64,000 nucleotides of DNA, taken from the IMG/VR virus record IMGVR_UViG_3300046786_000502, positions 32,001-96,000 of that record. The stretch is one strand, 5' to 3'. The notes below the pieces were generated by a model. The model did no database searches. It had not been told where the DNA came from and was given only the letters and a program-made list of their open reading frames with translations. Each line of letters opens with the position of its first letter. The stretch's first letter is position 1. Below are positions 20,687-31,567 of the stretch, in pieces. The translations under genes were made by a program, and so were the position numbers. The DNA is from a virus.

Positions 20687-21664
20687 ATGACTTCAATTAA
20701 GAAGATCGCATTCGCAGTGGTTGCAGCTACTGCCCTTGCAACATCAGTAATCGCAACACCTGCAAGTGCTGCAGTATCTACTGCTCTAACAGTTGGCGGT
20801 TCAGCTGCTACTGGCGGTACTGCTATTTCAGCACCAGTCGCTCTACCAGTTCCTGCAGATAACTCTGTAGATGCTGCAGACGCACTAAAGATTGCCCTAA
20901 CAGGCCTTGACACTGGAACTACTGTTTCTGCTGTCGCAACTAACGGTAAGATCGTTACTGCACTTGCTGCTTCTGGTTCTCCAGTAACTGCTGCTGCAGG
21001 CACATCATCTGTATCTGTTCCAACTGGAACTGGTACATCTGTTGACCTTTATGTATTCACTACTACTACAGCAGTTGGTTCTGTTGCAGTAACTATTGGT
21101 GGAAACACAACTACTTACTACTTCCAGGGTACTGCTGGTGCATTGAACGCAATTGAACTTGCTGGCTCTGCAACTGGTGCTGCTGGTACTGTATACACTG
21201 CAACCGTTCGTGGTGTGGATGTATTCGGTAATGCTAAGGGTGGTGCAACCATTAACCTTCAGGTTACTACAGCAACTACAAACGAAACATTCGCTCTAAC
21301 TACAGACACTGCAACTGCAACTCTTGGCACAAAGACCAAGGACATTACACTTCCTGCTTCAGGAACTGTTCGTCTGCTTGCAACTGCAACTGTAGCATCT
21401 GCTGTAACTGGACTAGCAACACCTGTTGCGGTTCGTATTGCTGATGTTACAGTTCGTGACCTTGCAACAGAGCTTGCTTCTGAGAAGGCTGCACACGATG
21501 TAACCAAGGCAGAGCTTGCCAAGATTAAGGCAGAACTTGCACTTGTAACTGCACGTGCAGAGGCTGCTGAGGCAGGCACCAAGTCTGCAAAGGCAAAGTA
21601 CAACTCACTTGCAACCAAGTGGAACAAGAAGTTCCCAAAGACTAAGGTTGCATTGCTTAAGTAA
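20687..21664 (+). CDS. Secreted Ala/Thr-rich cell-surface (S-layer-like) protein
   Basis: Sec signal peptide (…PASA), beta-rich body, coiled coil, basic C-terminus. Confidence 0.7.
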   Translation: MTSIKKIAFAVVAATALATSVIATPASAAVSTALTVGGSAATGGTAISAPVALPVPADNSVDAADALKIALTGLDTGTTVSAVATNGKIVTALAASGSPVTAAAGTSSVSVPTGTGTSVDLYVFTTTTAVGSVAVTIGGNTTTYYFQGTAGALNAIELAGSATGAAGTVYTATVRGVDVFGNAKGGATINLQVTTATTNETFALTTDTATATLGTKTKDITLPASGTVRLLATATVASAVTGLATPVAVRIADVTVRDLATELASEKAAHDVTKAELAKIKAELALVTARAEAAEAGTKSAKAKYNSLATKWNKKFPKTKVALLK

Positions 21665-21677
21665 TAATAGTCAAACT

Positions 21678-21713
21678 GGTAGGGGGAGGGAGTAAAATCT
21701 CTCCCCTTACTTG
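21678..21713 (+). terminator. Intrinsic terminator hairpin
   Basis: ggtagggggaggga-gtaaaa-tctctccccttact. Confidence 0.7.
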
Positions 21714-21736
21714 TCTAATAATCAGGAGTAAAGTAG

Positions 21737-22130
21737 ATGTCTGTGGGTATTGTGTATTTCTCTAACCATTCTGGAAATACTAAAAAGTTTGTAGAAAAGA
21801 TAACAGATAACGCAACAAGGATTCCCATAATGTGGGATGATGACAACCCAATTATTATTGATTTTAAATATGTCTTATTTGTTCCAACATACGGTGGTGG
21901 AAGTGACAAGACAGCAATCCCTAAATCAGTTAGAAAATTTTTAAACATACCAGAGAACAGATCAAAATTAGTTGGTATAATAGGTCTTGGTAACACAAAT
22001 TTTGGAGAACATTTCTGTAAAGCAGCAGAAATGATATCTCAAAAGACTGGAGCACCAGTCATTGCAAAGGTAGAAATCTTTGGTACATCAGAAGATGTAC
22101 AACGAGTAACGAATAGGTTGGATGAGATAA

Positions 22131-22138
<8 letters not shown>
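21737..22138 (+). CDS. nrdI: Class Ib RNR flavodoxin NrdI
   Basis: YFS..SGNTKKF, PTYGGG, GNTNFG. Confidence 0.95.
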
Positions 22139-25219
<3,081 letters not shown>

Positions 25220-25232
25220 AGTTATCTGATTT

Positions 25233-25261
25233 GGCCCCTCTTTGGAGGGGCCTTTTCTTTT
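25233..25261 (+). terminator. Intrinsic terminator
   Basis: ggcccctc-tttg-gaggggcc followed by ttttctttt. Confidence 0.85.
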
Positions 25262-25321
25262 GTCAAAATGGTGTATAATTAGATTGTTAAGCTTCTTAAC
25301 CCTACAAAGGAGACCCCTACT

Positions 25322-27550
25322 TTGAAGAAGTCTTGGGCAATATTTGCCTTATTTGTGCTAACTGGAGTCATGACACTGTGGCCACTTGCTACTGCATCAG
25401 CTGATGAAGTAGTAAATTCTGCTACCGTAACTGTTGTTCAAGAGGGCGATCTGGCAACAGTGGTGGTTCAGGTGCAAACAGCCAATACTGATTTAGTGGT
25501 CGTTTCTCAAAATATGGAATCAGCGGCACAAAGCTCAGGATCAGTCTCAGTAACAGAGGCAATCTCTACAGCAATTACTACAGCGACACAAGCAATTGAG
25601 GTTGCTGCAAATGCGGTAGATTCTGCAGAGACGGCTGTAGAGCAGGCTAATGTTAAGATTTCTGTAGTAGATGGTGCCACAGCAACAGTAACTCAGGCAG
25701 AGTCCAATCTAAATAATGCTCAGGAGAATTTAGTTGATGCTACAGCAGATCTGGCAGAAGCATCTGCAAACGTTGATGCACAAGAGATTGTAGTTGCAAC
25801 AGATATTCAGAATGTTCAATCAGTTCAGACTGCCATTAATCAAACAATAGGATTGTCTTCTGGCCTTAAGGCAGAAATTTATAACATGGGTGGATATAAT
25901 AATGCTCCACCACTTCCAGAGCAGATTGGTAGATCGCCAGTATACACAACCACTGTAACACAGATTAGTTTTGACTGGGGTAGTGGTGCAGCCTTTAATC
26001 TGATTGCAGAAGACTTTATTGTTAAGTTTAGTGGTAATATCACATCTCAATACACTGGAACAATTGCTTTGTCTGCCCCAGCAGATGACGGTGTTATCTT
26101 GAAGCTAAATGGAGAAACAGTTATCAATGACTGGTATGACAAGGGTGGTGGTGGATCAACTGTTACATATAATGTTCAGGCAGGTCAACCAATACCAATG
26201 ACTCTTTACTACTATGAAAATGGTGGGGGAGCTAATGTTCACCTTCTGTGGACTCAGGGTAATAATTGGGCAATAGTTCCTACAACAGCTTTTTCTAGAA
26301 CTACCTCAAGCCCAACACAGCAACAGGTACAAAGCTTGGCAGATGCAAATAATCAATTACAGTCTAGCAATACATTGTTGAATAGCCTAATTCAAATTGA
26401 AAATGAATCATTAGACCAAGTATCTTTAGCCACATCTGAAGTTGCTATTGCAGAAGAAGCAGTTATATCAGCACAGGCTGAACAAGAGGTTGCAATTCAA
26501 GATGCCAATCAGGCAATAACAACAGCCGTTAACTTGTCAGCAATTGCAGTTTCAGCAGTTCAAAGTGCAAGTGGATCAGTTAGTAATTTGTCTACTGTTA
26601 TTGCACAGCAGTCAGCAGCTGAAGAGGCTGCTAGACAGGCTGCTATAGCTGCAGAACAAGCTAGATTGGCAGCAGAGGCTGCAGCAAGGGCAGAAGCAGA
26701 AAGACTTAGGCTAGAAGCTGAAGCTAGAGCTGCTGCAGAAGCAGCTGCAAAAGCAGAAGCAGAAAGGTTAGCTGCAGAAGCAAAAGCTGCAGAAGAAGAG
26801 AGACTCAGACTTGAGGCAGAAGCTAAGGCAGCAGAAGAAGAACGGCTAAGGCTTGAAGAAGAGGCAAGGCTTGCTGCAGAAGCAGAGGCTAAAGCTAAAG
26901 CAGAAGCAGAAGCATTGGCTAAGGCTGAGGAAGAAGCAAGACTAGAAGCAGAAAGGTTGGCTGCAGAAGAGGCTGCAAAGCTTGAGGCAGAAAGACTAGA
27001 GGCAGAAAAACTTGCAGAAGCAGAGAGACTAGCTGAGGAAAAGGCAAGACTTGAGGCTGAACAAAAGGCTGCAGAAGAGGCAGCAAAAACTGAAAACATT
27101 GTAGATGATGCCAAGGCAGACGGGGTAGTTACAGAAGAAGAGAAGGAAGCAATTGTTTCATCTTTGGTAGAGGAGCTAAAGCCAGGAGAGGCATTGTCTA
27201 GTGAACAAATACAGGCAGCAGGTATATCATATTCTGATCTACCACCAGAAACACCAGTGGATGTTAGAACTGATGAAAATGGAAACGCTGTTGTTATTAC
27301 TGCTGAAGTAGCAGCAGATATTGAATTGATTTCTGACCCAGCAGCATTCGTAGGGGAATTGCTGTCTGATCCAGGAGCAGCCATTGCTGCCCTTGGCTCT
27401 ATTGGTGCAGACATGAGCCCTGCTGAGAGAGAAGAGGCTCAACACATGGTAGTGGCAACAGTGGTCGCTGCAGGTGCAGCGATGAATGCAGTTTCTGTTG
27501 CTTCATCAGGTGGTACTACAGGTGGGTCTAACAATACAAGGAGACAATAA
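25322..27550 (+). CDS. Secreted/membrane protein with PA14 domain and TolA-like Ala/Glu coiled coil
   Basis: Signal peptide; PA14 motifs (ADDGVIL, YYENGGGA); long EAE/AAE repeats; hydrophobic segment near the C-terminus. Confidence 0.8.
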   Translation: MKKSWAIFALFVLTGVMTLWPLATASADEVVNSATVTVVQEGDLATVVVQVQTANTDLVVVSQNMESAAQSSGSVSVTEAISTAITTATQAIEVAANAVDSAETAVEQANVKISVVDGATATVTQAESNLNNAQENLVDATADLAEASANVDAQEIVVATDIQNVQSVQTAINQTIGLSSGLKAEIYNMGGYNNAPPLPEQIGRSPVYTTTVTQISFDWGSGAAFNLIAEDFIVKFSGNITSQYTGTIALSAPADDGVILKLNGETVINDWYDKGGGGSTVTYNVQAGQPIPMTLYYYENGGGANVHLLWTQGNNWAIVPTTAFSRTTSSPTQQQVQSLADANNQLQSSNTLLNSLIQIENESLDQVSLATSEVAIAEEAVISAQAEQEVAIQDANQAITTAVNLSAIAVSAVQSASGSVSNLSTVIAQQSAAEEAARQAAIAAEQARLAAEAAARAEAERLRLEAEARAAAEAAAKAEAERLAAEAKAAEEERLRLEAEAKAAEEERLRLEEEARLAAEAEAKAKAEAEALAKAEEEARLEAERLAAEEAAKLEAERLEAEKLAEAERLAEEKARLEAEQKAAEEAAKTENIVDDAKADGVVTEEEKEAIVSSLVEELKPGEALSSEQIQAAGISYSDLPPETPVDVRTDENGNAVVITAEVAADIELISDPAAFVGELLSDPGAAIAALGSIGADMSPAEREEAQHMVVATVVAAGAAMNAVSVASSGGTTGGSNNTRRQ
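26620..27090 (+). repeat. Degenerate coding repeats (EAERLAAE / AEAKAAEEERLRL)
   Basis: Low-complexity gca/gaa/gct repeats. Confidence 0.8.
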
Positions 27551-27552
27551 GA

Positions 27553-27723
27553 ATGGTTAAATTCTTTAAAGATATGGTAGACCAACTTTGGACACTTCTA
27601 GGCATGTTTATTGCTTGGGTTGTCCTTGACGGTAGTGCCAAAACAGTAGTTGGGTATGCGATATTAGGAACCATGTTTGCATGGATTGTTACCTATCCGA
27701 TAAGAAACAGAGAGGAAGACTAA
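27553..27723 (+). CDS. Small membrane protein (56 aa, not in ORF track)
   Basis: MVKFFKDMVDQLWTLLGMFIAWVVL...; two hydrophobic segments; TAATG-coupled to the next gene. Confidence 0.7.
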   Translation: MVKFFKDMVDQLWTLLGMFIAWVVLDGSAKTVVGYAILGTMFAWIVTYPIRNREED

Positions 27724-28013
27724 TGGCAACTAAAAAAGAAGCAGGAACAGTGCCAGCAAAACCCCAGGGCCAAAAAGCTCTGTCTAATGTCCTCATGAGA
27801 ATCGTTGCAGTATTTGCTGCAAATGGTCTTGGAGTCCTTGGTGCAGGAGCTGTTGTAGGTATTGATACCGCACAAGCAGTATTTCTTGCAGGTTTGCTAG
27901 GTGTAGCCACAGTCGTAGAAAAGCTTGCAAGAGCATTTCTTGACGATGGCAAGCTCACAATTGCTGAAATTAATGACGCATTCGCAACAGTCGATAAGAA
28001 ACAAGTTAAATAG
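27723..28013 (+). CDS. Small membrane protein (holin-like)
   Basis: Two hydrophobic stretches, DDGKLT motif. ATG at 27723. Confidence 0.6.
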   Translation: MATKKEAGTVPAKPQGQKALSNVLMRIVAVFAANGLGVLGAGAVVGIDTAQAVFLAGLLGVATVVEKLARAFLDDGKLTIAEINDAFATVDKKQVK

Positions 28014-28029
28014 TCATTTTCAGGGGTAA

Positions 28030-28058
28030 TTGACGAAGTCCCCTAGTTCGTGTATAAT
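28030..28058 (+). promoter_or_regulatory. SigA-type promoter
   Basis: TTGACG-N17-TATAAT. Confidence 0.6.
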
Positions 28059-28099
28059 AGGTATGTACCTAATACTACAGAGAGCTAGGGGATTTTGCT

Positions 28100-28621
28100 A
28101 TGACTTGTATTGCCGTTGTCAGACAAGACGATAAAATTTTTATGGCAGGCGAACGTGCTGCCTCAACAGATGACGTTATCATGACTTTAACATCCCCAAA
28201 AGTTTGGAAATCTGGAGAGTATCTATTTGGATATTGCGGTGCAATGGATGGCGACAGAATGAGACATAACTTCAAGCCACCTGCACCAAAAGGTGATCTA
28301 GATAAATTTATGTACACTGAATTCTTGATGGCTCTTAAAGTATTTTATGAAAATTGGTGGGTAGACACAGGCAAAGATTCAGACTTTGCACTTATAATTG
28401 CTGTAAGAGGCAAGATATATGAGCATGATGCTGTTGATATGTCATTAAATCAATACACACAAGATTATATTGCAATGGGCTCTGGTGCATCATATGCATA
28501 CGGATCTTTGTTCGCAACAGAACACCTTAAAGACCCAAAGAAGCGTGTAGAAAAAGCTGTTGAAGCAGCGGTAAGATTCTCACCAAGTTGCCGTGGTCAA
28601 GTTGACATTGTCAGTCTTTAG
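28100..28621 (+). CDS. Proteasome beta/HslV-like Ntn hydrolase
   Basis: N-terminal M-T-C-I nucleophile position, PKV, AMGSG..YA.G motif. Confidence 0.8.
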   Translation: MTCIAVVRQDDKIFMAGERAASTDDVIMTLTSPKVWKSGEYLFGYCGAMDGDRMRHNFKPPAPKGDLDKFMYTEFLMALKVFYENWWVDTGKDSDFALIIAVRGKIYEHDAVDMSLNQYTQDYIAMGSGASYAYGSLFATEHLKDPKKRVEKAVEAAVRFSPSCRGQVDIVSL

Positions 28622-28636
28622 TGCTATTATATTTAT

Positions 28637-28816
28637 ATGACAGATAAAAATTTTGATGAGCTATATGATTGGCTTATGCACGGCGTTGAAAAGGGATGGG
28701 TAACTGAACCATTCTGCTACACCCATGATGGTGATCCTTATATGACAGAAGAAGAAGAGCAAGAGTGGGAAGACGGTGGAGATCCGTGTTGCCCAGTAGT
28801 TAAACTTAAGCAGTAA
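28637..28816 (+). CDS. Small acidic hypothetical protein (59 aa, not in ORF track)
   Basis: MTDKNFDELYDWL...CYTHDGDP...GGDPCC; preceded by TTGACA-N17-TATTAT-N6-ATG. Confidence 0.75.
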   Translation: MTDKNFDELYDWLMHGVEKGWVTEPFCYTHDGDPYMTEEEEQEWEDGGDPCCPVVKLKQ

Positions 28817-28827
28817 GGATATTCTGT

Positions 28828-29880
28828 ATGAAAAAGATTATGGTCTTTGGCCTAACTTTTGTATTTTTATTTACTGGTGTTGGTTGTGCAGATGCAGCAA
28901 CTGTAAAGTGTTCATCTTCAAAAAAGACAGTTGCTTGTAAGACTGTTACAGCACCAAAAAATCCTACTCCTACTCCTACACCAAAGGTATTAGGGTCAGA
29001 CTTTTCTACGCTAGTTGCATCATTCAAAGATGTAGATAAGTATATTAATTATGGCGGATATGTTTTTCCAACTGAAAACCTAAAGATTGGGCCAAGCCTT
29101 GACCCAGCAATTAAGAAAAATATTCCAGAAGTCTATCAGCTTATAGGTAGTGTCTTTTCTCCATTCTATGCACCAACATACTATTACTCTATCGTTACAT
29201 CTGAGCTTGACGTTGCTTGGGGAGCATCTCCAGAAATCAATCGTGTAGATGATAGATGGAAGGGCTACTCTACTGACATCAATGGCAAAACCTGCGAGAA
29301 TGGCAATGGCGGTAATGAGTGGAGCTCAATCTCTTGCATGTGGTCAAACAAACCTGAGTGGTGGAGAAACCAACTATTAGCACATGAGTATGTTCACAGT
29401 GTGCTGTACACAACAGGTGGAACAAAGCTTGGCAAAGTAACTAACTACCAACGTGCTTTCGATATTCCATCTTGGCTCAATGAGGGTGCTGCAACATACT
29501 ATGGTTGGTGGCTAGCACAGGTTAAAGACAAGAATATTGAAAAAAATGTTGGAGGTCACCTGTCTGGATTTGGCTGCATGATTCCTGGATACAATGACCT
29601 AAAGACACAGGATAAATTTGTTTCTGAAATGAAGTCAATTGAAACAGGCAAGGGTAGCTGGGCAAAGCAGTATGGATATGGTGCTGTCTCTGTAGCAGAA
29701 CTGATCACATACTATGGTGGGCACAAAGCAATGTTGAACTTCTATGAACGCATGAGAACTACTAGTGACTGGAGACTTGCTTTCAAAGAATCATTTGGAG
29801 TTACTCCAGAAGATTTTTATAAACAAGAATATAAAGATTTCATGAAAATTTCTCCAAGTTTGACTTGCAAACTACCGTAG
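28828..29880 (+). CDS. Secreted zinc metallopeptidase-like protein
   Basis: Signal peptide, PT linker, AHEYVH (HEXXH) and PSWLNEG gluzincin motif. Confidence 0.75.
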   Translation: MKKIMVFGLTFVFLFTGVGCADAATVKCSSSKKTVACKTVTAPKNPTPTPTPKVLGSDFSTLVASFKDVDKYINYGGYVFPTENLKIGPSLDPAIKKNIPEVYQLIGSVFSPFYAPTYYYSIVTSELDVAWGASPEINRVDDRWKGYSTDINGKTCENGNGGNEWSSISCMWSNKPEWWRNQLLAHEYVHSVLYTTGGTKLGKVTNYQRAFDIPSWLNEGAATYYGWWLAQVKDKNIEKNVGGHLSGFGCMIPGYNDLKTQDKFVSEMKSIETGKGSWAKQYGYGAVSVAELITYYGGHKAMLNFYERMRTTSDWRLAFKESFGVTPEDFYKQEYKDFMKISPSLTCKLP

Positions 29881-29934
29881 TACATGTTATAATTAATTAC
29901 AACAAAATAGGAAGTCCATCCTTAACGGACACAA

Positions 29935-30007
29935 TGCCCTATAGCTCAGCTGGCAGAGCGTCCGACTGTTAATCGGCAGGTCCCTGGTTCGATCCCAGGT
30001 GGGGCAG
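29935..30007 (+). tRNA. tRNA-Asn(GTT)
   Basis: Cloverleaf; anticodon loop ct-GTT-aa; T loop TTCGAT. Confidence 0.92.
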
Positions 30008-30011
30008 CAAA

Positions 30012-30192
30012 CACATTGACGACGGTTGATGTGGAGTATGACCGAATAATTCCCAAAGTCAAATGGGGGGAATAAGGTACTATCGGATCTTAGCGGATCG
30101 TCTTAGCGGACAAACGGTAGGTGTGCTCAAAGCGGTACTTGATGAACCGTATTGACTAGGCACTGGTGGTAAAAGGCAATCCACCTACTCAC
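30012..30192 (+). ncRNA. Candidate structured ncRNA between tRNA-Asn and tRNA-Asp
   Basis: Multiple nested complementary segments found by eye; no credible ORF. Confidence 0.5.
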
Positions 30193-30196
30193 TCTT

Positions 30197-30270
30197 GGTC
30201 CTGTAGCTCAGTTGGTTAGAGCACTACCCTGTCACGGTAGGGGTCGCCAGTTCAAGTCTGGTCAGGATCG
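30197..30270 (+). tRNA. tRNA-Asp(GTC)
   Basis: ctacc-ct-GTC-ac-ggtag anticodon arm; T loop TTCAAGT. Confidence 0.93.
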
Positions 30271-30277
30271 CTCAGAA

Positions 30278-30436
30278 GCATGAGTCTGAACAACTTATGT
30301 GGAGATTGTTATACTGAAACTACGCTGTGGACGCATCATACGAAGGGGTTCAGCCCGATGGAGATTGCTCTGCTAATCCACTAGGTATAACAGCCAATGG
30401 GAACAGTTCCTTAACCAAAAGGTGACCACGATTGGC
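30278..30436 (+). ncRNA. Candidate structured ncRNA between tRNA-Asp and tRNA-Leu
   Basis: Nested stems tgttatac/gtataaca, gtgga/tccac, catc/gatg, gccaat/attggc. Confidence 0.45.
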
Positions 30437-30440
30437 AAAT

Positions 30441-30514
30441 GCTTCTCTAGCCCAATTGGTAGAGGCACTAGATTTAGGATCTAGGTGTTACAGGTTCGAC
30501 TCCTGTGAGGAGCA
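30441..30514 (+). tRNA. tRNA-Leu(TAG), short variable loop
   Basis: ctaga-tt-TAG-ga-tctag; discriminator A. Confidence 0.85.
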
Positions 30515-30515
30515 C

Positions 30516-30589
30516 TGGGATATAGTGTAATGGTAACACAACGGCTTCCAAACCCGTTGACGTGGGTTCGATTCCTACTATCCCTGCCA
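30516..30589 (+). tRNA. tRNA-Trp(CCA)
   Basis: acggc-tt-CCA-aa-cccgt by position; discriminator G; encoded CCA end. Mismatches at 1:72 and 31:39. Confidence 0.75.
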
Positions 30590-30590
30590 T

Positions 30591-30665
30591 GCCTTCTTAG
30601 CTCAGTGGTAGAGCAACGCACTTGTAATGCGTAGGTCGTCAGTTCAATCCTGACAGAAGGCTCCA
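30591..30665 (+). tRNA. tRNA-Thr(TGT)
   Basis: acgca-ct-TGT-aa-tgcgt; CCA end. Confidence 0.94.
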
Positions 30666-30666
30666 T

Positions 30667-30741
30667 GGTCCCATAGTTTATCGGTTAGAACGCTGCCCTT
30701 TCACGGCGGTGGGAGGGGTTCGACTCCCCTTGGGACTACCA
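30667..30741 (+). tRNA. tRNA-Glu(TTC)
   Basis: ctgcc-ct-TTC-ac-ggcgg; CCA end. Confidence 0.93.
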
Positions 30742-30745
30742 ATAT

Positions 30746-30816
30746 TCTCCCTTCGTCTAATGGCAAGACTCCAGGTTTTGGTCCTGGCTATCGAGGTTCG
30801 AGTCCTTGGGGGAGAG
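30746..30816 (+). tRNA. tRNA-Gln(TTG)
   Basis: ccagg-tt-TTG-gt-cctgg. Confidence 0.92.
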
Positions 30817-30856
30817 CAAGATTAATTCATTAGTGCTATAATAGTCTAAGAAAGGT

Positions 30857-31567
30857 TTGGATGTGGAAAAACCAGATATAATGACGATGGACGTACCCAA
30901 TTTTAACGTGTGGTACGAAACTTTTGATCCTATTTTTTCTAAGATAAGTCAGCAGTCGAATATCCCATTAAAGTGGATAGAGTTTTGGCCAATAAGATAT
31001 GGGCAGAACAAGAACTCTCCAATCAAACCAATCAATAGATATGTAGAAAGGTTGTACCCAAAGCCAAAGCTTATAGATATTAGTAATAATATAGTTAGGC
31101 TTAGACAGGGCAACCATGCAGAAATCATTCTACTGGTAGATCCAGAAAATAGATTCCATAGTGGCGGTCAAGATACAGATGGATTCTACAATGTTGATAG
31201 GCCATGGATGAGACAATACTATCAGTCTAAGCTACAAATTCCAAAGCCAGACAATTGCTTTGACCCATTATATAAATTTTACGTTCCATGGTTTCCAGAT
31301 GCTGATGTTACTGTTCATTTTGAGCCATCTCCAGTAGAGACCCCATTCCACACCTTTGAGTCAGTAGGATCGTACAAAAAAGTAGATGCATTCCTAAGAT
31401 TTGCTGAGCCACACTTTGTTCCCTTCTATTTTAAAAAAGAAGGGGCACACATGGAAAGTCCAACACAAGGAAGAGTTCTAAGACAGTCTGCAATGTACGA
31501 TATGGTATTTCATGCAGATGATGCTTTGATAGAGAGAATAAGGAAACAATATGAAGAAAAAGAATAA
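30857..31567 (+). CDS. Hypothetical protein (possibly a distant relative of the next two genes)
   Basis: 236 aa. KFYVPW motif. Start codon uncertain. Confidence 0.6.
   Translation: MDVEKPDIMTMDVPNFNVWYETFDPIFSKISQQSNIPLKWIEFWPIRYGQNKNSPIKPINRYVERLYPKPKLIDISNNIVRLRQGNHAEIILLVDPENRFHSGGQDTDGFYNVDRPWMRQYYQSKLQIPKPDNCFDPLYKFYVPWFPDADVTVHFEPSPVETPFHTFESVGSYKKVDAFLRFAEPHFVPFYFKKEGAHMESPTQGRVLRQSAMYDMVFHADDALIERIRKQYEEKE

Noticed and set aside
26560-27414. 284-aa minus-strand ORF (also 981-1274, 1392-1763, 20632-21627)
   Set aside because: Antisense shadows of low-complexity Ala/Glu/Pro-rich + strand genes.
30063-30155. 30-aa ORF MGGIRYYRILADRL... in the tRNA spacer
   Set aside because: No SD or leaderless promoter and atypical codons. 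The region is better explained as structured RNA.
30008-30440. tmRNA, RNase P, SRP, hammerhead or theta ribozyme identity for the spacers
   Set aside because: Could not find the hallmark motifs (tRNA-like ends with tag ORF, GAGGAAAGUCC, CUGAnGA/GAAA core, HDV nested pseudoknot) by eye. Left unassigned.
30481-30666. 61-aa minus-strand ORF (also 58118-58435)
   Set aside because: Antisense reading of tRNA genes.
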